Assembly: GCA_964452145.1 (NCBI GenBank)
Contig: CAYVLA010000052.1
Location: 1-21,504, forward strand
Reading direction: 5' to 3'
DNA from: Candidatus Hadarchaeota archaeon
Lineage (GTDB): Archaea > CAYQAE01 > CAYVLA01
DNA length: 21,504 nucleotides
The notes beneath the pieces are model-generated. The model worked only from the letters and a program-made list of their open reading frames with translations, was not told where the DNA came from and searched no databases. The position numbers and the translations under genes were made by a program. Positions 7,773 through 15,537 of the stretch are shown here, piece after piece; within the stretch, counting starts at the first letter, position 1; the number at the start of each line of letters is the position of its first letter.

Positions 7773-10219
7773 TGGGAACGGCGGAAGCCGAGGTTACGGC
7801 AATGATCGGCGCGGGAACCGATGGGCCAGCAAGGGAGGAGACCCGGATAGGTGTCTACGTCTGCCATTGCGGTCTGAACATTGCCGGGTCGGTGGATTGT
7901 GCCGAGGTGGCCAGATTCGCCGCCGGCCTACCCAACGTTGTGGTCTCGAAGGACAACCGGTATACATGCTCGGACCAAGGTCAAGCTCTGATCAAGGAAG
8001 ACATAAAGAAGCACGGACTCACCAGGGTGGTCGTAGCATCGTGCACCCCGCGTCTGCACGAGCCCACCTTCAGAAAGGCCTGTGAGGAGGCCGGCCTCAA
8101 TAAGTACCTCTTCGAGATGGCGAACATCAGGGAGCACTGCAGCTGGATCCATCTCTACGATAGGGAGAAGGCCACCGAGAAGGCAAAGGATCTGGTGCGG
8201 ATGGCCGTTGCCAAGGCCGCCCTGCTTCAGCCCCAGGAGGAACTCGAGGTTCCGGTGACGAGGAAGACCCTGGTGGTAGGGGCGGGTGTCGCGGGCATAC
8301 AGGCCGCCCTCGATCTGGCCGACGCTGGGTATGAGGTCTTCTTGGTCGAGAAGAGGCCCAGCATAGGGGGCAAGATGGCTCAGATTGACAAGACCTTCCC
8401 GACGATGGACTGCTCGATCTGCATCCTTGCACCCAAGATGTCCGACGTTGGGAAGCACCCCAATATCCGGTTGATCACGAACGCCGAGGTCAAAGAGGTC
8501 AGCGGCTATATCGGCAACTTCAGGATAAAGGTTCTGAAGAAGCCTAGGTATGTGGGTAACTGCAATGCCTGCGGAGAGTGTGCCAACGTCTGTCCGGTGC
8601 AGGTGCCCAATGAGTTCGACGCGAACTTCGCCCCCAGGAAAGCCATCTACACTCCTTTCGCCCAAGCGGTTCCATCGACCTATATCATAGACATGGAGCA
8701 CTGCATTAAGTGTAACGAATGCGTCAAGGCGTGCAAGACTGCGGGCGCCGACTGCATCGACTTCAGCCAGAAGCCTGAGCAGATTGAGCTAGAAGTCGGG
8801 ACGATAATCGTGGCCACTGGGGCCGATGTCTATGACCCCTCGGGCCTGCTGCAATACGGATACGGTCGATACGCCAACGTGATAACCTCCATGGAATTCG
8901 AAAGGCTCATCAACGCCGGGGGGCCCTCCGGTGGCCGATTGATCCGGCCCAGCGACCGGCAGATCCCGTCGTCGGTGGCCTTCATCCAATGCGTCGGCTC
9001 ACGGTCGGAAAAGAGTGGCCAGCTTTACTGCAGCAATGTCTGCTGCATGAATACGATCAAGGACGCCCTTCTAATAAAGGAGCACTGGCCTGAGACGAAG
9101 ATTTACGTCTTCTATCTGGACATACGCGCCTTCGGCAAGGGCTTTGAGGACCTGTACAAGAGGGCTAGGAGGGAGGGGGTTGTGTTCATCAGAGGATTGC
9201 CATCCGAGATCCGGGAGGATTCATCCGGGGATCTTCACATGGTCGGGGAGGACACTCTGAAAGGCGGCTTGTACAGGGTCAAGGCTGGGATGGCGATTCT
9301 CTCAGTTGGGCTGAAGCCAAGCGAGGACGCGGATAGCATCCAACGCCTCTTCAACCTGTCTCGAAGCCCCGACGGGTTCTTCATGGAGGCTCATCCCAAG
9401 CTCCGTCCGGTGGATGCTCCGACGGGAGGGGTTTTCTTTGCAGGATGCGCCGAGAGTCCCAAGGACATCAAGGACTCGGTGACGCAGGCCAGTGCGGCGG
9501 CGGCCCGGGCGAACATCCTGATGGCAAGGGGAAGCGTGACCGTCGAGGCCATCACTCCGCAGCTGGTCGAGGAGAAGTGCCGAGCTTGCGGTCTGTGTGC
9601 GAAGGTCTGTCCTTACAATGCCATAGCCTTCAACAAGGAGGAGAAGACGACCAAGATAATCGAGGCTGCCTGCGCCGGGTGCGGAACCTGCGGTGCCGAA
9701 TGCCCTGCGGATGCCTTGGTCATGCGCCACTTCACCGACCAGCAGATCGTCGCCCAGATCGATGCGGCGACTGCGGAGAGCCCCGAGAAGAAGGTTGTGG
9801 CATTCTGCTGTAACTGGTGCTCCTACGCAGGAGCGGATTTCGCGGGAGTCAGCAGGATGCAGCAGCCCGCCGTTGCCCGAGTGATCAGAACCATGTGTTC
9901 AGGTAGGGTGTCAGGGAAGTTCGTGGAGAGGGCCTTTGCCCGGGGAGCGGCGGCGGTCCTTGTCTCCGGTTGCCACCTTGGTGACTGCCACTACATCAAT
10001 GCGAACTACCAGACCAAGAAGAGGATGGAAAGGCTCTGGAAGAACATGGAGAAGAAGGGCATGGACAAGAACCGGCTGCAACTGGGCTGGTTCAGCGCGG
10101 CGGAGGGTGAAGCCTTCTCCTCGAAGATCAAGGAGATGGAGCAAATTGCTAACAGAGTCACCATGGATGAGATACAGAGGTCGAAGGCGGCCTTCGCCAA
10201 GGCCATAGAGGCTGAGTAA
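7769..10219 (+). CDS. hdrA: Heterodisulfide reductase subunit A fused to C-terminal MvhD ([2Fe-2S]) domain
   Basis: IGVYVCHCG.NIAG, VVASCTPRLHE, VGAGVAGIQAA, DKTFPTMDCSICILAP, inserted ferredoxin (CNACGECANVCP/CIKCNECVKAC), EFER, FIQCVGSR, YCSNVCCM..IK, EAHPKLRPV, C-terminal ferredoxin (CRACGLCAKVCP/CAGCGTCGAECP). MvhD follows: FCCNWCSYAGAD..G..RMQ, RTMCSGRV, SGCHLGDCHY..AN, WFSAAEG. Start is GTG 7769 or ATG 7772. Confidence 0.95.
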   Translation: MMGTAEAEVTAMIGAGTDGPAREETRIGVYVCHCGLNIAGSVDCAEVARFAAGLPNVVVSKDNRYTCSDQGQALIKEDIKKHGLTRVVVASCTPRLHEPTFRKACEEAGLNKYLFEMANIREHCSWIHLYDREKATEKAKDLVRMAVAKAALLQPQEELEVPVTRKTLVVGAGVAGIQAALDLADAGYEVFLVEKRPSIGGKMAQIDKTFPTMDCSICILAPKMSDVGKHPNIRLITNAEVKEVSGYIGNFRIKVLKKPRYVGNCNACGECANVCPVQVPNEFDANFAPRKAIYTPFAQAVPSTYIIDMEHCIKCNECVKACKTAGADCIDFSQKPEQIELEVGTIIVATGADVYDPSGLLQYGYGRYANVITSMEFERLINAGGPSGGRLIRPSDRQIPSSVAFIQCVGSRSEKSGQLYCSNVCCMNTIKDALLIKEHWPETKIYVFYLDIRAFGKGFEDLYKRARREGVVFIRGLPSEIREDSSGDLHMVGEDTLKGGLYRVKAGMAILSVGLKPSEDADSIQRLFNLSRSPDGFFMEAHPKLRPVDAPTGGVFFAGCAESPKDIKDSVTQASAAAARANILMARGSVTVEAITPQLVEEKCRACGLCAKVCPYNAIAFNKEEKTTKIIEAACAGCGTCGAECPADALVMRHFTDQQIVAQIDAATAESPEKKVVAFCCNWCSYAGADFAGVSRMQQPAVARVIRTMCSGRVSGKFVERAFARGAAAVLVSGCHLGDCHYINANYQTKKRMERLWKNMEKKGMDKNRLQLGWFSAAEGEAFSSKIKEMEQIANRVTMDEIQRSKAAFAKAIEAE

Positions 10220-10221
10220 TC

Positions 10222-11976
10222 TTGAGGTGCATGCTCAACACCGGCAGGACGACCGACCAGGGGGTTGCTCTGGAGATCGGGAAGACTTCGCAGGCCTACT
10301 ACGCCGCGACGGCCATAGCCTTTCTCAGCCAGGACGACATGGAGGAACTGGATCTTCAAGAGGATGACCGGATAGGGATCTCCACAGAGGCGGGGACCAT
10401 CGTTGTTCGGTGTAGGAAGGGTTGGATCGAGAAAGGTCAGATCTTCATGCCCCTAGGACCTTGGGCGAACGCGATCGTGGGACGGGACACATCTTCCACG
10501 GGAATGCCTTCATACAAGGGGGTGATGGTCGACGTACGCAAAGCTCAGAAGGAGCCGACCACGCTGAGCGATCTCTTCGTCGACAGGGAGCGGATGGACC
10601 AAGCGCTGAAGACCATCCCCAGGCATGTCTTCGATGAGGCTACTGCGGGCGTGCAGCCCCAAACGGGAGAGAAGCGGGTTGTCAGCGACGTGGTCTGCCC
10701 GTTCTGTGGCTGCATGTGCGACGACGTAGAGATCGCTTTCCAGGACGACAGATTAACGGATATCGTCGTAGGCTGTGAACTGTGCAAGAGCAGATTCCTC
10801 AACTGGAACAAGGATCGCGTCCGCCCTGCTGTGATGAAGGACGGCAGACTGGTCGAAGCCACCATGGATGAGGCCCTGCAGGTGGCGGCCGGAATCCTGA
10901 AGGCGGCGGACTTCCCCCTCATATACGGCCTAAGCTCCACTGAGGTGGATGCGCAGAGAAAGGCAATCGAGCTGGCCGAGCTGATAGGTGCAACCATCGA
11001 CAACACAACCTCCGTCTGTCACGGGCCAACGATCTTGGCTGCCCAGGACTGTGGAGTCCCAGAGTTGACCCTCGGCGAGGTTAGAAACCGGGCCGATCTT
11101 GTCATCTACTGGGGGTGCAACCCCGCAGAGGCCCATATCCGACACGTCGCCCGCTATGCCACGACCCCCAAAGGCATGTTTACGAAGGGCGGAAGGAAGG
11201 ACAGGTTTGTGGTCCACGTCGATGTCAGGGAAACGAGGACGGCCAAGGTGGACCCAAGATGGCACTCAACCTACCAGCTCGCCGATATGCTGGTGAAGGT
11301 GAGGCCGGGGCAGGACTACGAGCTCTTCGCCGCCCTGAGAGCCAGGCTGAGGGGACACGATGTGGGCGATGCGGCGGGGATCTCCTCCAAGACGATAGCC
11401 GAGCTAGCAGAGATGATGAAGGGCTGCAGATTCGGGGTGATATTTTTCGGACTTGGACTGACAATGTCCAAGGGACGGCACATGAACATCGACGCCGTCC
11501 TTCGCTTGGTGAGGGATCTCAACAAGCATACCAAGTTCGCAATATTGCCAATGAGGGGTCACTACAACGTTGCAGGAGCAAACCACGTCATGCTCTGGAC
11601 CACAGGCTATCCATACGCCGTCAACTTCTCCCGTGGGTACCCTGTGTATAATCCTGGGGAGTTCACTGCCGTTGACCTGTTGGCGCGAAAGGAATGCGAT
11701 GCTGCCCTTATCATCGCCTCCGACCCGGTTGCGCATTTCCCGAGACAGGCCGTGGAGCATCTCGCCGCCATCCCGACCATCGTCATGGATCCCAAGGTCA
11801 ATATGACCTCCCTCGTGGCAGACGTGCTCCTCCCAACCGCAATAGCCGGGATCGAGTGCGAAGGAACCGCCTACAGAATGGATGGCGTACCGGTGAGGCT
11901 CAGAAAGGTGGTCGAATCGGGATCCGAGTCAGACCAAGCAGTTCTCGATAAGCTTGTAGAGAGGGTCCGAGCTTGA
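10222..11976 (+). CDS. fwdB: Formylmethanofuran dehydrogenase subunit D-subunit B fusion (Mo/W-bisPGD catalytic subunit)
   Basis: About the first 110 aa are FwdD (MLNTGRTTDQG, IFMPLGPWAN, TGMPSYKG). After a linker comes FwdB (VVCPFCGCMCDD, C..C..RF, DNTTSVCHGP, TLGEVRNRADLVIYWGCNP..AH.RH, PMRGHYNVAG, GTAYRMDGVP). One uninterrupted frame with a TTG start. Confidence 0.93.
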   Translation: MRCMLNTGRTTDQGVALEIGKTSQAYYAATAIAFLSQDDMEELDLQEDDRIGISTEAGTIVVRCRKGWIEKGQIFMPLGPWANAIVGRDTSSTGMPSYKGVMVDVRKAQKEPTTLSDLFVDRERMDQALKTIPRHVFDEATAGVQPQTGEKRVVSDVVCPFCGCMCDDVEIAFQDDRLTDIVVGCELCKSRFLNWNKDRVRPAVMKDGRLVEATMDEALQVAAGILKAADFPLIYGLSSTEVDAQRKAIELAELIGATIDNTTSVCHGPTILAAQDCGVPELTLGEVRNRADLVIYWGCNPAEAHIRHVARYATTPKGMFTKGGRKDRFVVHVDVRETRTAKVDPRWHSTYQLADMLVKVRPGQDYELFAALRARLRGHDVGDAAGISSKTIAELAEMMKGCRFGVIFFGLGLTMSKGRHMNIDAVLRLVRDLNKHTKFAILPMRGHYNVAGANHVMLWTTGYPYAVNFSRGYPVYNPGEFTAVDLLARKECDAALIIASDPVAHFPRQAVEHLAAIPTIVMDPKVNMTSLVADVLLPTAIAGIECEGTAYRMDGVPVRLRKVVESGSESDQAVLDKLVERVRA

Positions 11977-13601
11977 GCCTGATTGTCAAGAATGGCACCG
12001 TGTACGATCCCCTGAACGATATAGACGGGGAGAAGATGGACATATTCATCCAAGAAGGCAGGATCGTCGAAGACACCCGCGGCAAGGAGATAGACGCCTC
12101 AGGGCTCATCGTGATGCCAGGAGGCGTGGACATCCATGCCCACATCGCAGGTTCCAAGGTGAACCTGGGCAGGCTCTTCAGACCCGAGGACCATCGAAGG
12201 GACCGCATGCCACGGACGCCCACATCTAGAAGCGGCGTCGGGTACTCCATACCGACAACTTTCACAACCGGATACAGGTACGCGAAGCTGGGATACACCT
12301 GTGTCATGGAAGCTGCAAGTCCTCCCCTCACATCGAGACATACCCACGAGGAGCTCAATGACACCCCGATCGTGGACAAGGCCTGCTACACCCTCATGGG
12401 CAACAACCACTTCGTGATGGACTATGTCAAGAAGGGGGAATTCGACAAGCTCAAGACCTTTGTTGCATGGCTCCTAGGCTCTGCCAAGGGCTACTCAGTC
12501 AAGATCGTAAACCCAGGAGGGGTCGAGAACTGGAAGTGGGGGAAGAACGTCAACAGCATCGATGACGAAGTTGACAACTACGAGGTAACGCCCAGGGAGA
12601 TACTCACGCATCTTTCCAGAGCCAACGACGAGCTGGGTTTGCCTCACTCCATACATGTCCATGCCAACAATCTGGGTGCCCCGGGCAACTTCCAGACAAC
12701 CCTTGAGACCATCGATGCCGTGAAGAACAGGATCCACATGACCCATCTTCAGTTCCATTCCTATGCGGGCGATAGCTGGTCGGCCTTCGCCTCGGCGGCG
12801 GAGGAGGTTGCGAAGGCCATAAACAGGCGAGATAACGTGACCTGCGACATGGGACAGATAACCTTCGGCGACACGACCACGATGACCGCTGACGGCCCTT
12901 GGCAGTACCACCTCTATGAACTCACCGGCAACAAGTGGTTCAACGCCGATGTGGAGATGGAGACGGGCGCAGGTGTTGTGCCTTACTTCTTCACCAAGAA
13001 GAGCCCGGTGAACTCCATCCAATGGGCCATAGGTCTCGAGCTCGCAATTCTGATCAAGGATCCGTGGAAGATCTGCTTGACTACCGATCACCCGAATGGT
13101 GGTCCATTCTATATGTATCCGAAGGTAATCGCGTGGCTGATGAGCAAGAAGGCAAGGAACCAGACGCTGCAGACCGTTCACAGGGCAGCAACTATGAAGA
13201 CCACTCTTCCCAACCTGGATAGGGAGTACTCCCTATACGAAATCGCCGTCATAACTCGGGCAATGCCGGCCAGGACGTTGGGCCTGCACAGCAAGGGCCA
13301 CCTGGGAGCCGGCGCGGACGCGGATCTGTCCATCTATGCCTTCGACGAGCGTCATGTACAGCGCTCCTTCACGTCGAGCAGGTACACGATCAAGGACGGC
13401 AGGATTGTGTCAAAGGACGGCCAGATCGTTGAGTCCTTCCCGGGGAGAACCTACTGGGCTCACGTGCATGGGAAGCTAACCGACGAGGTGAGGGAGGCGT
13501 TCCCGAAGTACTACACAATCTCTCTCGCTAACTACCCTGTGCAGGAGAGTTACCTGCCCAGAAACGAACCGGTGAACTGCGGTTTGGCATCCGGTGCTTA
13601 G
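11973..13601 (+). CDS. fwdA: Formylmethanofuran dehydrogenase subunit A (amidohydrolase)
   Basis: KNGTVYDPLN, MPGGVDIHAHIAG.KVN.GR..RPEDH, KIVNPGG, HSIHVHANNLG.PGN, THLQFHSY, TTDHPNGGPF, KGHLGAGADAD; TTGA overlap with fwdDB. Confidence 0.96.
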   Translation: MSLIVKNGTVYDPLNDIDGEKMDIFIQEGRIVEDTRGKEIDASGLIVMPGGVDIHAHIAGSKVNLGRLFRPEDHRRDRMPRTPTSRSGVGYSIPTTFTTGYRYAKLGYTCVMEAASPPLTSRHTHEELNDTPIVDKACYTLMGNNHFVMDYVKKGEFDKLKTFVAWLLGSAKGYSVKIVNPGGVENWKWGKNVNSIDDEVDNYEVTPREILTHLSRANDELGLPHSIHVHANNLGAPGNFQTTLETIDAVKNRIHMTHLQFHSYAGDSWSAFASAAEEVAKAINRRDNVTCDMGQITFGDTTTMTADGPWQYHLYELTGNKWFNADVEMETGAGVVPYFFTKKSPVNSIQWAIGLELAILIKDPWKICLTTDHPNGGPFYMYPKVIAWLMSKKARNQTLQTVHRAATMKTTLPNLDREYSLYEIAVITRAMPARTLGLHSKGHLGAGADADLSIYAFDERHVQRSFTSSRYTIKDGRIVSKDGQIVESFPGRTYWAHVHGKLTDEVREAFPKYYTISLANYPVQESYLPRNEPVNCGLASGA

Positions 13602-13609
13602 AGGATCTT

Positions 13610-13625
13610 TCCTGGAGAATGTAGG
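13610..13625 (+). repeat. Copy 1 of a 16-bp direct repeat flanking fwdC (TCCTGGAGAATGTAGG)
   Basis: 15/16 identical to 14478-14493; lies just after the fwdA stop. Confidence 0.75.
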
Positions 13626-13643
13626 TCAAATCGAGGGACTGGA

Positions 13644-14474
13644 ATGATAACACTGAAGAGCAAAGTCGCCTCCAATGTTCCGATCGAAGCTGAATGCATA
13701 ACGCCCGGTTCATTCATGGGGAAGTCGCTCCGCGAGGTCCAGGATTCCCAGATCCATTGTGGCAATAGGGAGCGGAGACTGGGAGATGCATTCAATGTCT
13801 TGGTGACTCCCGGGCGGGAGGACGAGGTAACCATAGAGGGTGATGTCCCCTTCCTCAAGCATGTCGGAGCAAGGATGAGGGAGGGAAAGATCACGATAAG
13901 GGGCAACGTCGGCATGCATCTCGGCCGCGACATGGACGGCGGAGAGATATCGGTTTTCGGGAATGTCGGTGACTGGCTAGGTGCCCAGATGAGGGGTGGC
14001 CTCATACACATCCACGGGTCGGCCGGGAACCTGGTTGGCAGCGCCTACCGCGGATCCAAATCAGGGATGAAGGACGGGACGATTCTGATCGAAGGTGATG
14101 CGGGAAACGAGGTCGGCGAGCTGATGACAGGGGGCACCATCGCCGTCAAGGGCGAAGTCGGGGACTTTGCGGGAGCGTTGATGGGAGGCGGCCTGATCGC
14201 CTGCGTCGGGGGCTTCGGGGAACGTGCTGGAGCGGGCATGACCAAGGGGACTATCCTCGCTATCAAGTCTCTGAGCCTGCTGCCGACCTTCCTGCATACG
14301 CGAGCCTACAGCCCGGACTACCTGAAGCCCAAGCTAGAAGAGCTGGCCCGATATGGCTTCCCCTTCGGCCCCGAGCAAATCGACGGTCTCTACGATAGAT
14401 ACGAGGGGGATCTTGCGGAAGATGGGAAGGGCAGGATCCTCGTCTGGAGGGGCAAAGGGGACGGGACCACATAG
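13644..14474 (+). CDS. fwdC: Formylmethanofuran dehydrogenase subunit C
   Basis: VPIEAECITP, G..M..G.I.I.G beta-helix repeats, GSAYRG...GM..G.I, C-terminal Y.GDLAE.GKG.I. Confidence 0.95.
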   Translation: MITLKSKVASNVPIEAECITPGSFMGKSLREVQDSQIHCGNRERRLGDAFNVLVTPGREDEVTIEGDVPFLKHVGARMREGKITIRGNVGMHLGRDMDGGEISVFGNVGDWLGAQMRGGLIHIHGSAGNLVGSAYRGSKSGMKDGTILIEGDAGNEVGELMTGGTIAVKGEVGDFAGALMGGGLIACVGGFGERAGAGMTKGTILAIKSLSLLPTFLHTRAYSPDYLKPKLEELARYGFPFGPEQIDGLYDRYEGDLAEDGKGRILVWRGKGDGTT

Positions 14475-14477
14475 CCC

Positions 14478-14493
14478 TCCTGGAGAATCTAGG
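14478..14493 (+). repeat. Copy 2 of the 16-bp direct repeat (TCCTGGAGAATCTAGG), part of hairpin CTCCTGGA-GAA-TCTAGGAG between convergent fwdC and rnz
   Basis: Read directly from the sequence; overlaps the rnz stop codon. Confidence 0.75.
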
Positions 14494-15391
14494 AGTCGGA
14501 GTAACGCACCTCAAGGGTCAAGCCATCCCTGCCGACGATGGTCCTCCTGAATGTGATCTCCTCGGAGATCGCTTCTTCGTCATAGCGAGGCGAGAAATGA
14601 GTTAGGAGAAGCCTCTTCACCCCAGCTTCGGCGGCAATCTCGCATGCAAGTCTCACGGTTGAGTGGCCTGTTTCCCTCGCGCGATCCGCAAGGTCTTCAC
14701 AGAACGTTGCCTCGCAGATCAGCAGATCGGCGTTCCTACAGAACTTAACAACGCTGCTTGAGGGCAGCACATCTCCCAGATACACGATCTTTCTTCCCGG
14801 CCTCGGCGGTCCCACGATCTGCTCGGGAGCTATGAGAGCCCTGCCTACGCGAACAGTCCTGCCCATCTGCAGTTCCTTGTAGAGCCTACCAGGGGGTATC
14901 CCCATCGCGCTGGCCCTCTCGACATCGAACTTCCCAGGCCTCTGATCCTCCTGCAGGATGTACCCCAAGGTCGGCACGAGGTGATCAACGGCCGCCGGGG
15001 TAACCGCGTAGCCTTGGCAGGCGACGGAGTCACCGGGTCCGATGTCATGTCCAACTATCTTGAAGCCGGCTCTGAAGTTGCCGATGCAACTCACGGTCTC
15101 CGCAATGGCCTCCATCCCAGGCGGGCCATACATATGGAGCGGTTTCTGCCTACCGAAGAAGGACATGCTTTGGGTGAGCCCGAACAGGCCGAGGTAGTGG
15201 TCGCCGTGGAAATGCGTCAAGAAGATCCGGTCTACCTTCATGAAGCTCAGGCCAAACCTCACCATCTGGCGCTGCGTGCCCTCGCCACAGTCGAAGAGCA
15301 GGATCTCCCTCTCTCTGCAGACGGCAACAGCAGGCAGACCCCTTTCGGAAGTCGGGACCCCGCAGGAGGTGCCTAGGAGCATTACCTTCAT
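14489..15391 (-). CDS. rnz: Ribonuclease Z (tRNase Z, short form)
   Basis: LGTS.GVPT.ER, LFDCGEGTQRQ, THFHGDHYLG (HxHxDH), GP-rich exosite GIPPG.LY..LQ.G, EATF, GHST, LTHFSPRY. Confidence 0.96.
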   Translation of the reverse strand: MKVMLLGTSCGVPTSERGLPAVAVCREREILLFDCGEGTQRQMVRFGLSFMKVDRIFLTHFHGDHYLGLFGLTQSMSFFGRQKPLHMYGPPGMEAIAETVSCIGNFRAGFKIVGHDIGPGDSVACQGYAVTPAAVDHLVPTLGYILQEDQRPGKFDVERASAMGIPPGRLYKELQMGRTVRVGRALIAPEQIVGPPRPGRKIVYLGDVLPSSSVVKFCRNADLLICEATFCEDLADRARETGHSTVRLACEIAAEAGVKRLLLTHFSPRYDEEAISEEITFRRTIVGRDGLTLEVRYSDS

Positions 15392-15537
15392 GCGACCTCT
15401 TGGCCGTTGGTGGGGTGGCTGATTAGTCTTCCCCCACCATGGAACCCGAAGCCGGGACGCCTGGCGTACTTGAAAAGGAGGGATCTGCTGGCTGGGCGCT
15501 ACTTTCTAGCCAGTTCCCTAGTGTGGACCAAGCCCGA

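Noticed and set aside
7769..11976. Selenocysteine recoding in HdrA, MvhD or FwdB, and the fwdC-flanking GAA hairpin as a SECIS
   Set aside because: All relevant positions are Cys codons (DCSIC, CCNWC, GDCHY, VCHGP) with no in-frame TGA. The GAA in the hairpin is an apical loop, not the GAA/A internal loop of archaeal SECIS.
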